A DNA stretch of 64,000 nt from a virus (taxonomy: Duplodnaviria; Caudoviricetes): the IMG/VR virus record IMGVR_UViG_3300025676_000004, positions 1 through 64,000 of that record; one strand, written 5' to 3'. Below the pieces are notes generated by a model. That model was not told the origin of the DNA. It saw nothing but the letters and a program-made list of their open reading frames with translations, and did not search any database. Shown piece by piece: positions 56,183-64,000 of the stretch (its first letter is position 1; the number at the start of each line of letters is the position of its first letter). The position numbers and the translations under genes are program-made.

Positions 56183-58222
56183 ATGCCATTTCAAATTAGT
56201 CCCGGCGTGAATGTTACCGAAAAGGACCTCACAAATATTGTCCCTGCTGTTGCAACAACAATTGGTGGTATCGCAGGATACTTCCAATGGGGACCTTGTG
56301 AGGAACGAGTTTTGGTAGACAGCGAGGACAACCTCGTTACATTATTCGGAAAACCCAACAACAACACAGCAGAATATTTCTGGACAGCCGCAAACTTCCT
56401 CGGATATACCAATGCACTACAAGTCGTTCGCAAGATTGACACTGATGGTGCAAATGCAGTTTCAATTGCAGATGGTTTAAGAGGAGATACTGCAATCGGA
56501 AATACAGGTGACAGTAAACTCATCAAGAACAAAGATTCATATGATGACACATACTCCGATGGTATTTCTGGTGGCGATATGTACTTTGCTGCCAAATATC
56601 CTGGCATCCTTGGTTCTTCACTGAAAGTATCGATGTCGGATAAACACACTGCCGCATTTACTGGCATTACAGCAACTGTTGACACAGCATATGTTGATGT
56701 TACTGGATTAGATATTAAAGGCGAAGTTGCAGTTGGTGACATCCTCAAATTAGATTCAAACTATACAGTTTCTGGATTTAGTGGTGGTTCACTGCACGCC
56801 AATGACTCTGGCACGGCAGCAAGTCACTCAACAGAAACCGCAGAATACACTCACATTCACCTATCTTCAGATATTTTATCTACCGATGCAGGTACTGGTT
56901 TGACAGGTACAGTAACTTGGGCATACGCTAGTAACTTTAATGCAACACCAGACACATCTACAGATGCCGCAAAATTCAATGCAGTAAATGACGAAATTGA
57001 TATTGCAGTTATTGATGAACAAGGTTTATTTAGTGGAGCAAAAGGAACTGTTCTTGAAACATTCTCTGCTTCTAAAGCATCTGATGCTAAAAAGTTTGAT
57101 GGTTCTGGTAACTTCTATAAGACTGTTATCAATAATGAATCAAAATATATCTGGTGGGGCTCACACCCTTCCACTGCATTGACATCCACTACTGGTTTGT
57201 CTGGTGGAACAGATGGTACAGATTGGGGTGCATCATTAGCAGATGTAGACTCTGGTAGTGAAGGTGCAACTTTCGATTCATTCAACAGAAACTTTTACAG
57301 TTCTCTTGCAAATGGTCATGATGGTACTGGTACTACTGCCGCATCACTATACACAAACGGTTATGAATTGTTTGCAGATGCAGAAACAGTAGATTGTGCA
57401 TTATTGCTCGGTGGACCAGCAGAAGAAACTCTTAGTGGACAACTCATCGACCTAGTTGATGCAAGAAAAGATTGCGTAGCATTCCTTTCACCACCAAAAG
57501 CAGATGTTGTTAATCAAACATCAGTAACAGTTGCACAACAAAATGCAGTAGATTACTATAATAACGACCTAAATAAATCATCCTCATACGGTGTATTTGA
57601 TTGTGGTTGGAAGTATCAGTATGACCGATACAATGACATCTACCGATGGATTCCATTGAACGGTGACATTGCTGGTCTTTGTGCAAGAACTGAAAAAACT
57701 AACGATGCTTGGTGGAGTCCCGCAGGTTTCAACCGTGGTCAAATCCGTAACATCGTTAAACTTGCATATAACCCACGAAAAGCACACAGAGATAATCTTT
57801 ATAAGAACAATCTCAACCCAGTAGTTGCCTTCCCAGGCGAAGGAACGGTTCTTTTCGGGGATAAGACAATGCAAAGAAAACCAAGTGCATTCGATAGAAT
57901 CAATGTTCGTAGATTGTTCATTGTTCTTGAAAAAGCAATTTCAACTGCCTCAAAGTATCAACTCTTCGAGTTCAATGATGAATTCACTCGTTCCAATTTC
58001 GTAAATATGGTTTCACCATTCTTGCGAGATGTTCAAGGACGAAGAGGTATTTATGATTACAAAGTAGTATGCGATGAAACTAATAACACCGCAGAAGTTA
58101 TTGACCGAAACGAATTTGTTGCAGACATCTACATCAAACCTGCTCGTTCGATTAACTTCATCCAACTCAACTTTGTTGCAGTTAGAACTGGTGTTGCATT
58201 CGAGGAAATCGCAGGAGCGTAA
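56183..58222 (+). CDS. gp18: Tail sheath protein gp18
   Basis: SPGVNVTEKD, FQWGP, WWSPAGFNRG, FDRINVRRLF, IYIKPARSINFI. Confidence 0.97.
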   Translation: MPFQISPGVNVTEKDLTNIVPAVATTIGGIAGYFQWGPCEERVLVDSEDNLVTLFGKPNNNTAEYFWTAANFLGYTNALQVVRKIDTDGANAVSIADGLRGDTAIGNTGDSKLIKNKDSYDDTYSDGISGGDMYFAAKYPGILGSSLKVSMSDKHTAAFTGITATVDTAYVDVTGLDIKGEVAVGDILKLDSNYTVSGFSGGSLHANDSGTAASHSTETAEYTHIHLSSDILSTDAGTGLTGTVTWAYASNFNATPDTSTDAAKFNAVNDEIDIAVIDEQGLFSGAKGTVLETFSASKASDAKKFDGSGNFYKTVINNESKYIWWGSHPSTALTSTTGLSGGTDGTDWGASLADVDSGSEGATFDSFNRNFYSSLANGHDGTGTTAASLYTNGYELFADAETVDCALLLGGPAEETLSGQLIDLVDARKDCVAFLSPPKADVVNQTSVTVAQQNAVDYYNNDLNKSSSYGVFDCGWKYQYDRYNDIYRWIPLNGDIAGLCARTEKTNDAWWSPAGFNRGQIRNIVKLAYNPRKAHRDNLYKNNLNPVVAFPGEGTVLFGDKTMQRKPSAFDRINVRRLFIVLEKAISTASKYQLFEFNDEFTRSNFVNMVSPFLRDVQGRRGIYDYKVVCDETNNTAEVIDRNEFVADIYIKPARSINFIQLNFVAVRTGVAFEEIAGA

Positions 58223-58232
58223 ATTAATTTTG

Positions 58233-58271
58233 GTATTTATGGGGGGGGTTATCAAAATCCCCCCTAAATAC
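58233..58271. promoter_or_regulatory. Intergenic hairpin (G8/C6 stem) overlapping a late promoter between gp18 and gp19
   Basis: GTATTTA-t-G8...C6-TAAATAC inverted repeat; CCTAAATA at 58263-58270. Confidence 0.6.
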
Positions 58272-58288
58272 TATTAAAGGAGTAATAC

Positions 58289-58816
58289 ATGAATCTTAAT
58301 GAATTCAAATCACAAGCACTACAACAAGGTGGTGCAAGAGCAAACTTGTTTGAGGTAGAAGGTGCTATCGGTAATAATTCCGATGGTGGACTTTTAAAGT
58401 TCCTCTGCAAATCAGCATCCATCCCTGCTTCGGAAATTGGTGAAATAACCGTTCCTTGGCGTGGGCGACAATTCAAATTGCCTGGCGACAGGATATTTAC
58501 CGATTGGGATATCGTCATCACAAGTGATGCCGCTTACGACTTACGAGATAAGTTTGAAACTTGGCATAACTCATTCCAACATCACCAAGGAAATGTTTCC
58601 GAAGTTGGTGATGTTTCCACACCATTGTTCCAAGATTGGAGCATTTATTGGTTGGGTAGAGATGGTGAACGAAGCAATGCTAGAAAATATACAATGGTAG
58701 GTGCTTGGCCAAAATCTGTTGGTTCAATTGACCTAGCAATGGATACAAATGACACATTAGCAGAGTTTACTGTGACAATGACCTATCAGTGGTGGGAATC
58801 CCCATCTACTAAGTAA
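58289..58816 (+). CDS. gp19: Tail tube protein gp19
   Basis: GGARANLFEV, FLCKSASIPAS, GRQFKLPGDR.F.DW, EFTVT..YQWW. Confidence 0.95.
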   Translation: MNLNEFKSQALQQGGARANLFEVEGAIGNNSDGGLLKFLCKSASIPASEIGEITVPWRGRQFKLPGDRIFTDWDIVITSDAAYDLRDKFETWHNSFQHHQGNVSEVGDVSTPLFQDWSIYWLGRDGERSNARKYTMVGAWPKSVGSIDLAMDTNDTLAEFTVTMTYQWWESPSTK

Positions 58817-58839
58817 TTTTAGTAAGGAAATATTATATT

Positions 58840-60369
58840 ATGCCAATTGACTTTTTTGGATTTACTATTGGAAAAAAAGATAAAGCGAATAAAGTTGGTC
58901 TTGAATCCAGTATTCGCCGCCCTGTGTCTTTTGTCCCACCCGATTATGATGATGGTGCTACAACCATCGAAGCAGGAAACTTCTTCGGACAATATGTTGA
59001 CTTTGATGGAAACATCAAGAATGACATAGAACTCATTAAGAAGTACAGAGAGATGTCTATGCACGCCGAAGTAGATAGTGCAATAGATGACATTGTGAAT
59101 GAAGCAATTGTTCAAGATGATATTAAAAAGATGGTTCAAATGGACTTAGAACATGTTGACCTATCCGATAATATCAAAGATACAATGCAGAAGGAGTTTG
59201 GACATATCTTAAAACTCCTTCATTTTACTAGTAGGGGTTATGAACTTTTCCGAAAATGGTATATTGATGGTAAAATGTATTTCCATATTGTAATTGACGA
59301 TAAGAAAAAGAAACAGGGTATTAAAGAATTACGACCAGTAGATTCCACTTCCATCCGAAAGATTCGTAAAGTTGAAAAAGAAACGGGCGAAGGTGGTGTT
59401 AAGGTAATCAAAGATGTGGAAGAATTCTTTGTATACACTGAACAAGATAAAGATGATAGGTTAGGTGGAGTTGATGCCGTGGAAGGTATTAAAATTCATC
59501 CAGACTCAATTCTCTACATTCATTCTGGAATGTATGATATTGATAAAAGAAGGGTATTTGGTAATCTTCATAAATGCATAAAACCCCTTAACCAATTGCG
59601 TATGATTGAAGATGCGGTAGTAATTTATCGTATCTCACGGGCGCCAGAGCGAAGAATTTTCTATGTTGATGTTGGTTCACTTCCAAAAAACAAAGCAGAA
59701 CAATATCTTCGTGACATTATGAATCGGTATAGAAACAAACTAGTTTATGATGTAAATACAGGCGAAATTCGAGATGACAAGAAACATATGTCAATGCTTG
59801 AAGATTTCTGGATGCCACGGAGAGAAGGTGGTAGGGGTACTGAGGTTGATACACTTTCGGGTGGCGAAAATCTTGGTGAGATGGAAGATGTCGAATACTT
59901 CAAGAAGAAGTTATATCGTGCATTGAATGTTCCAATCTCACGACTTGAATCTGACAACGGATTCAATATGGGTCGTTCTTCTGAAATCAATAGAGATGAA
60001 CTCAAGTTTTTTAAGTTCATTGAGAAGCAACGACAGAAGTTTTCTGAATTGTTCCTTCAAGCAATGCGAGTACACCTTCTATTGAAGGGTATTATGAACG
60101 AAGAAGATTGGTATGATATTAAGGATGATATTAAATTTGATTATGCAAGGGATTCGTATTTTACGGAACTCAAAAATAATGAGATTATGACCGAAAGAAT
60201 GAATCTTTTAAGTCAAATGAATGAACATATCGGTAAATATTATTCAATCGAATGGATTAGAAAACATGTCTTGCATCAGAATGAAGTAGAAATGGAAGAT
60301 ATGGATAAGGAAATCCAAACAGAACGAGAGAAGGGTCTATTAACCACAGGAACAGAGGAATACTATTGA
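58840..60369 (+). CDS. gp20: Portal protein gp20
   Basis: NQLRMIEDAVVIYRISRAPERRIFYVDVG, MLEDFWMPRREGGRGTE, RDELKF. Confidence 0.97.
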   Translation: MPIDFFGFTIGKKDKANKVGLESSIRRPVSFVPPDYDDGATTIEAGNFFGQYVDFDGNIKNDIELIKKYREMSMHAEVDSAIDDIVNEAIVQDDIKKMVQMDLEHVDLSDNIKDTMQKEFGHILKLLHFTSRGYELFRKWYIDGKMYFHIVIDDKKKKQGIKELRPVDSTSIRKIRKVEKETGEGGVKVIKDVEEFFVYTEQDKDDRLGGVDAVEGIKIHPDSILYIHSGMYDIDKRRVFGNLHKCIKPLNQLRMIEDAVVIYRISRAPERRIFYVDVGSLPKNKAEQYLRDIMNRYRNKLVYDVNTGEIRDDKKHMSMLEDFWMPRREGGRGTEVDTLSGGENLGEMEDVEYFKKKLYRALNVPISRLESDNGFNMGRSSEINRDELKFFKFIEKQRQKFSELFLQAMRVHLLLKGIMNEEDWYDIKDDIKFDYARDSYFTELKNNEIMTERMNLLSQMNEHIGKYYSIEWIRKHVLHQNEVEMEDMDKEIQTEREKGLLTTGTEEYY

Positions 60370-61193
60370 TGCAATCCACCAATAAAATTATGGATTCTAT
60401 AAAAAATGAAGATGTAAAAACCTTCAAAGATTTATCCAATGATATTCTTCGTCATAAAGTTTCTTTATCAATAGAAGAAAAGAAACAAGAAATTAAAGAT
60501 GTAATGATGAGTGAAGAAGAAGAGGCAGAAGTAAATATGGATTCTCCTGAAATTGCTCTTGACCCAAAACTAGAAAAAGAAATCTGGATTGATTCTTTTG
60601 AGATAAATGGTAAAACAGTTGTCATTAAAGCATTGGGATTAGGGGCAACCAAACCTGTAGTTGTCTATATTGACGATGTACGATGGGAAGTATTTCCTGG
60701 ACCAAAGATTGCTAAACGAGAAGCAAGACGACATATCAAGAAGAGCAAAAGTGTCAAGAACGAAAATCTTGATGTTGATTTTGAATCAATGCTCAATGAA
60801 GTTTCTGTGATGGTAAGTAAACCTGAAGTGGTCAAATGGGTAAAGAAGAACAGAAGAAAATTTGACAATGGTGCAGAGGCCGCATTTGCTGTTGCTGATG
60901 AATTTGGTATGGAAGATGAATTAGAGAACGAAAAGCATTGGATTTGGAGTATCATTAAAAAGATATACAAAGAATCATACGAACCTTTCTCTAATATGCT
61001 AGAATCAAATTCCTTCCGATTAGCAGATAACACTAAAATTAATTTGGATGAAGAACTATCGTCCAAAATTAAACTTGTATATGAACATTTGGAAGATAAC
61101 AATAAAGCCAAATTCAGAGAGGCTTTTGTTATAAATAAAGAAAACCACAACAAAATTATTAAATTTGTTGAAGAGCAGACTAAAGGAACTTGA
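60369..61193 (+). CDS. Prohead core protein (gp67/gp68 position), multi-module
   Basis: Between portal and protease; gp67-like N-terminus; internal MLNE/MLES sites; ATG 60369 preferred over TTG 60366. Confidence 0.6.
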   Translation: MQSTNKIMDSIKNEDVKTFKDLSNDILRHKVSLSIEEKKQEIKDVMMSEEEEAEVNMDSPEIALDPKLEKEIWIDSFEINGKTVVIKALGLGATKPVVVYIDDVRWEVFPGPKIAKREARRHIKKSKSVKNENLDVDFESMLNEVSVMVSKPEVVKWVKKNRRKFDNGAEAAFAVADEFGMEDELENEKHWIWSIIKKIYKESYEPFSNMLESNSFRLADNTKINLDEELSSKIKLVYEHLEDNNKAKFREAFVINKENHNKIIKFVEEQTKGT

Positions 61194-61195
61194 TT

Positions 61196-61366
61196 ATGGA
61201 TACTAGAGATATAATTGATGCATTAAGAAACAATAACTTGGATGTTGCAAGAGATGAAACACAAAAGGTATTGTATAAGAAATCTGGTGAAGGTATGGCG
61301 GATAAAAGGTTGGAAATTTCTTCCACAATAGGACAAAAACAAGAACCAGAGGTAAATGACGAATGA
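61196..61366 (+). CDS. Small prohead core protein, gp67-like (missing from the ORF track)
   Basis: MDTRDIIDALRNNNLDVARDETQKVLYKK...KRLEISSTI, 56 aa; stop overlaps the gp21 start (ATGA). Confidence 0.75.
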   Translation: MDTRDIIDALRNNNLDVARDETQKVLYKKSGEGMADKRLEISSTIGQKQEPEVNDE

Positions 61367-62013
61367 AACTAATTACAGAAACAACAGAAGATGTAAATTA
61401 TATCGTAGAATCGGCTGAAGAAGGAAAAGATAAATCCTACTACATCGAAGGTATCTTTATGCAAGCAGAGCAAAAGAACCGAAACGGTCGAGTTTACCCA
61501 AAAGACACACTAATGAAAGAAGTTTCTCGGTACAGTAAAGACCTTGTAGAAACTAAAAGAGCAATGGGAGAACTTGGTCATCCAGAAGGACCAAGTCTAA
61601 ATCTTGAAAGAGTTTCCCATATCATTACAGAACTTCGAGAAGATAGCAATAATATCATCGGTAAAGCAAAAGTTTTAGATACCCCATACGGTAAGATTGT
61701 AAAGAATCTTATTGATGAAGGTGCTAAACTTGGCGTTTCAAGTCGTGGCATGGGTTCACTTAAAAAGAATGATGACGGTACAAATGTTGTGCAAGAAGAT
61801 TTTATGCTTGCCACCGTTGATATTGTAGCAGACCCTTCTGCACCTGATGCTTTTGTAAATGGTATTATGGAAGGGAAGGAATGGGTATGGAATAATGGCG
61901 TTCTAGAACCTCAAACTATTGAAATTTATGAGAACATTTTATCCAGAGCAGATAAAAATACTATCGAAGAAGCCAAACTTATCGTATTTAAACATTTCTT
62001 GTCTAATATCTAA
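61363..62013 (+). CDS. gp21: Prohead protease gp21
   Basis: YIEGIFMQAE.KNRNGRVY, GELGHP, LGVSSRGMGSL, DIVADPSAPDAFV. Confidence 0.97.
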   Translation: MKLITETTEDVNYIVESAEEGKDKSYYIEGIFMQAEQKNRNGRVYPKDTLMKEVSRYSKDLVETKRAMGELGHPEGPSLNLERVSHIITELREDSNNIIGKAKVLDTPYGKIVKNLIDEGAKLGVSSRGMGSLKKNDDGTNVVQEDFMLATVDIVADPSAPDAFVNGIMEGKEWVWNNGVLEPQTIEIYENILSRADKNTIEEAKLIVFKHFLSNI

Positions 62014-62060
62014 AAAATATACATATAGTAGCAATTTAAAAAAGTCAAAAGGAGATTACA

Positions 62061-63068
62061 ATGTCCAACAAAGACATCCTAGAAACAGCAAAAGAAATCA
62101 TAGAGTCAGAAGTGACTCTTGATGAAAGTACCCCAGAAGTCGAAGCAGACTCAAAGGGTACAGTTAATACAAAGTCTAAAGGCGAGAAGCCAGCAGAATC
62201 ACCATCTGTTAATACTGACAGCATCGAAGATGAAGACATCTACAGTGCTGATGGTGCAGGTGCAAAAGTAAATGAACCAGAAGCAGATGAAGACGAAGCA
62301 GACGAAAATGCTGACTCCGTTGATATGAAAGCATCTTCGGCGGCCGCAACACAAGAGCATATGGATGCTTTGTTCGGTGGTGAAGAACTTTCAGAAGACT
62401 TCCGCAACAAAGCAGAAGTTATCTTCTCATCCGCAATCAATGAGCGTTCAGAAGCAATCCGTTCCGAACTACAAGAAGCATTTGATGCTCAACTTGCAGA
62501 AGAAACTGATAAAATTTCAAATGAACTATCCGAAAAACTAGACGACTATCTAAACTATGTTGTCAAGGAATGGATGGACGAAAATGAAATCGCAATTGAA
62601 CACGGACTCAAGAATGAAATTTCAGAGTCATTCATTGCAGACTTAAAGACACTCTTTGAAAGTCACAACATTGAAGTTCCAGAAGAAAAGTTCGATGCAC
62701 TTGCAGAGGCCAACGAAAAGGTTGAAACTCTTGAAGCAAAACTCAACGAACAACTCGAAAAGAACATTGAACTTTCAAAAGGTAACGAAGAACTAGAATG
62801 TGTAAAGGTATTTGCAGAATCCGCTAAAGATTTAACTGATACTGACACTGAAAAACTTCGCAGTCTTTCAGAAGGTTTAGAGTTTGATAGCGTTGAACAA
62901 TACAACGAAAAATTAAACCTTCTTAAAGATAGTTACTTCAGAGCAACCTCAGAAAACAATGATGATGTTGAAGAAAACACACTTACAGAAGAAACAACAA
63001 ATACTCGACAAATGGATTCATACTTGGATTCAATTACACGAGTAGGAAAATCACCAAGGCAATCGTAA
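62061..63068 (+). CDS. gp22: Prohead core scaffold gp22
   Basis: Acidic coiled coil; ELSEDFRNKAEVIF, DDYLNYVVKEWM.EN, LKDSYF. Confidence 0.93.
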   Translation: MSNKDILETAKEIIESEVTLDESTPEVEADSKGTVNTKSKGEKPAESPSVNTDSIEDEDIYSADGAGAKVNEPEADEDEADENADSVDMKASSAAATQEHMDALFGGEELSEDFRNKAEVIFSSAINERSEAIRSELQEAFDAQLAEETDKISNELSEKLDDYLNYVVKEWMDENEIAIEHGLKNEISESFIADLKTLFESHNIEVPEEKFDALAEANEKVETLEAKLNEQLEKNIELSKGNEELECVKVFAESAKDLTDTDTEKLRSLSEGLEFDSVEQYNEKLNLLKDSYFRATSENNDDVEENTLTEETTNTRQMDSYLDSITRVGKSPRQS

Positions 63069-63080
63069 AAGCCTAAATTT

Positions 63081-63088
63081 TATAAATA
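63081..63088 (+). promoter_or_regulatory. T4-consensus late promoter TATAAATA before gp23
   Basis: Exact T4 gp55 consensus in the gp22-gp23 intergenic region. Confidence 0.75.
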
Positions 63089-63135
63089 AACTATACTTAT
63101 CAAATAAGTAATTTCAATAACTAAGGAGAAATCAA

Positions 63136-64000
63136 ATGGATGATAAAGCACTATTGGCCGAACAACTTCAAAAGAAGTGGGCGCCAGTTTTAGAACATCC
63201 TGAACTTCCAAAAATTGAGAACAGTTACCGTAAAAATGTAACTACTGTTCTTTTGGAAAATCAGGAACAAGCACTAATGGAAACACCCGCTAACGCAATG
63301 GGTGCAGGAAACTCACCTCATATGGGCGGCGCAGGTAATGTTGCGACATTCGACCCTGTACTTATCTCACTTGTACGCAGGTCAATGCCTAACCTTATCG
63401 CATACGATATCGCAGGTGTTCAACCAATGACAGGTCCTACTGGACTTATCTTTGCAATGCGTTCCAAGTATGTAACACAAGACGGTGCAGAAGCATTTTA
63501 CAACGAAGCAGACACCGATGGTGTTTCTGGTGGTGGTACAGGTACTCACGCAGGTACTGACCCGCTTGGTGGTTCATATACTAGTGGTACTGGTATGGGA
63601 ACAGAAGATGCAGAAGGCAAAACCCCTAACGAAATGGCATTCAGTATTGAACGAGTTGCTGTTGAAGCAAAGAGCCGTATGCTCAAAGCAGAATACAGTA
63701 CAGAACTTGCTCAAGACTTGAAAGCAGTTCATGGTTTAGATGCAGAAGCAGAATTGTCAAATATCCTCTCAAGCGAAATCCTTGCGGAAATCAACCGAGA
63801 AGTTATTCGTACAGTTTATAACCAAGCAAAACTTGGTTGCGACCAAACTGACCTTGCTAACAGTGACGGTGTTACTGTAGACGGTACTGGGGGTAAAACC
63901 GCCGGTGTTTATGACCTGCTCAAGGACTCAGACGGCCGTTGGAGTGCAGAACGCTTCCGTGGTTTGATGTTCCAAATCGAACGAGAAGCAAATGTAATTG
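63136..64000 (+). CDS. gp23: Major capsid protein gp23 (truncated by the window end)
   Basis: AAGGAG RBS; KKWAPVLEH, LLENQE, FDPVLISLVRRSMPNLIAYDIAGVQPMTGPTGLIFAMR, ELAQDLKAVHGLDAE. Confidence 0.97.
   Translation, partial: MDDKALLAEQLQKKWAPVLEHPELPKIENSYRKNVTTVLLENQEQALMETPANAMGAGNSPHMGGAGNVATFDPVLISLVRRSMPNLIAYDIAGVQPMTGPTGLIFAMRSKYVTQDGAEAFYNEADTDGVSGGGTGTHAGTDPLGGSYTSGTGMGTEDAEGKTPNEMAFSIERVAVEAKSRMLKAEYSTELAQDLKAVHGLDAEAELSNILSSEILAEINREVIRTVYNQAKLGCDQTDLANSDGVTVDGTGGKTAGVYDLLKDSDGRWSAERFRGLMFQIEREANVI

Noticed and set aside
54443-60369. Introns or inteins in terminase, sheath or portal
   Set aside because: The ORFs are continuous and of normal length, with no intein or homing-endonuclease motifs
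63485-63721. 78-aa ORF in the track
   Set aside because: Out-of-frame overlap within gp23, which the track omitted because it runs off the window
1-64000. Stop-codon reassignment, tRNA or rRNA genes
   Set aside because: Core genes are intact in the standard code and all three stop codons are used as terminators; no cloverleaf or rRNA-like segment was recognised in the short intergenic gaps

Overview
This 64 kb window comes from an AT-rich T4-like myophage, resembling large aquatic T4-like phages. It has four parts. (1) An accessory block at 1-7.5 kb: HNH nuclease, FmdB-like zinc ribbon, an 815-aa repeat-punctuated protein, a PD-(D/E)XK exonuclease and two minus-strand virion-like proteins. 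(2) gp33-gp59-gp32. (3) A minus-strand tail/head-completion block: gp4, gp2, gp54-like, gp26, gp51 and tape measure. (4) The long plus-strand virion operon: gp48, 53, 27-like, 5, PAAR, 25, 6, 7, 8, a DUF4815-type protein, fibres, gp13-22 and the start of gp23. The main candidate novel system is the ORF at 1500-3947. It is an in-frame array of nine small, mostly unrelated modules joined by eight copies of a 21-bp repeat (GAATCCGTTGAACTGGATGAA = ESVELDE) conserved down to the codon. The repeat encodes a T4 gp21-type prohead-protease site (L-X-E). The protein begins with a T4 internal-protein-like capsid-targeting leader and ends in a domain resembling the C-terminus of the prohead-core protein at 60366. 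This suggests a shufflable, capsid-packaged, protease-processed polyprotein of injected effectors. Other notable signals: a canonical -1 slippery site fusing gp26 to gp51, two giant paralogous Cys-rich fibre proteins between gp5 and PAAR, a kinase-HAD fusion with internal-protein-like signals, a TACATA variant of the late promoter, and apparent avoidance of GATC, AGCT and GCWGC. All family assignments come from motif recognition and synteny. No database searches or counts were run.
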